Below, one piece after another: positions 63,994 through 64,000 of a stretch of 64,000 bases of DNA (positions within the stretch are counted from its first letter, which is position 1; every line of letters begins with the position of its first letter). Where the stretch lies: IMG/VR virus record IMGVR_UViG_3300032242_000818, positions 32,001 to 96,000 of that record; one strand, 5' to 3'. The notes beneath the pieces are model-generated. The model worked only from the letters and a program-made list of their open reading frames with translations. It was not told where the DNA came from and searched no databases. Position numbers and translations under genes: made by a program. Source of the stretch: a virus.

Positions 63994-64000
63994 ATTATTC

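Noticed and set aside
1-64000. Stop-codon reassignment
   Set aside because: Core genes are full length and end with TAA, TGA or TAG under the standard code

Overview
A 64-kb segment of a large, AT-rich T4-like myophage genome. Nearly all credible genes lie on the minus strand and use the standard genetic code. The iscU and DUF3563-like genes suggest a (beta)proteobacterial host, which is an inference. The window holds the T4 replication core (gp45, gp44, gp62, regA, ligase gp30, gp43, uvsX, gp41, primase gp61, rnh), nucleotide metabolism genes (thyX, nrdA, nrdB, thioredoxin, MazG-like, DUF5664) and a cobS/cobT-like early operon. It also carries many auxiliary genes: iscU, iscA, rubrerythrin and rubredoxin, dps, hsp20, a flavin halogenase, a B12 radical SAM enzyme and seven 2OG-Fe(II)-type oxygenases. 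An embedded spanin pair and a late cluster of probable capsid-internal proteins are present. The most striking element is a DNA base hypermodification cluster directly downstream of gp41 (about 33.6-40.0 kb): TET/JBP dioxygenase, Ntn glutamine amidotransferase, amidoligase, GNAT acetyltransferase, amino-acid:DNA transferase (aGPT-PPlase2) and P-loop kinase. It predicts a post-replicative route to an uncharacterised thymine derivative. Other notable items are a 1141-aa apparent polyprotein punctuated by prohead-protease-type sites, nested genes with their own ribosome-binding sites, a triplicated promoter/operator/IHF-like cassette, and a duplication scar beside an inserted gene. No tRNA, rRNA, CRISPR array or integrase was seen. 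All family calls come from motif recognition, not database searches.
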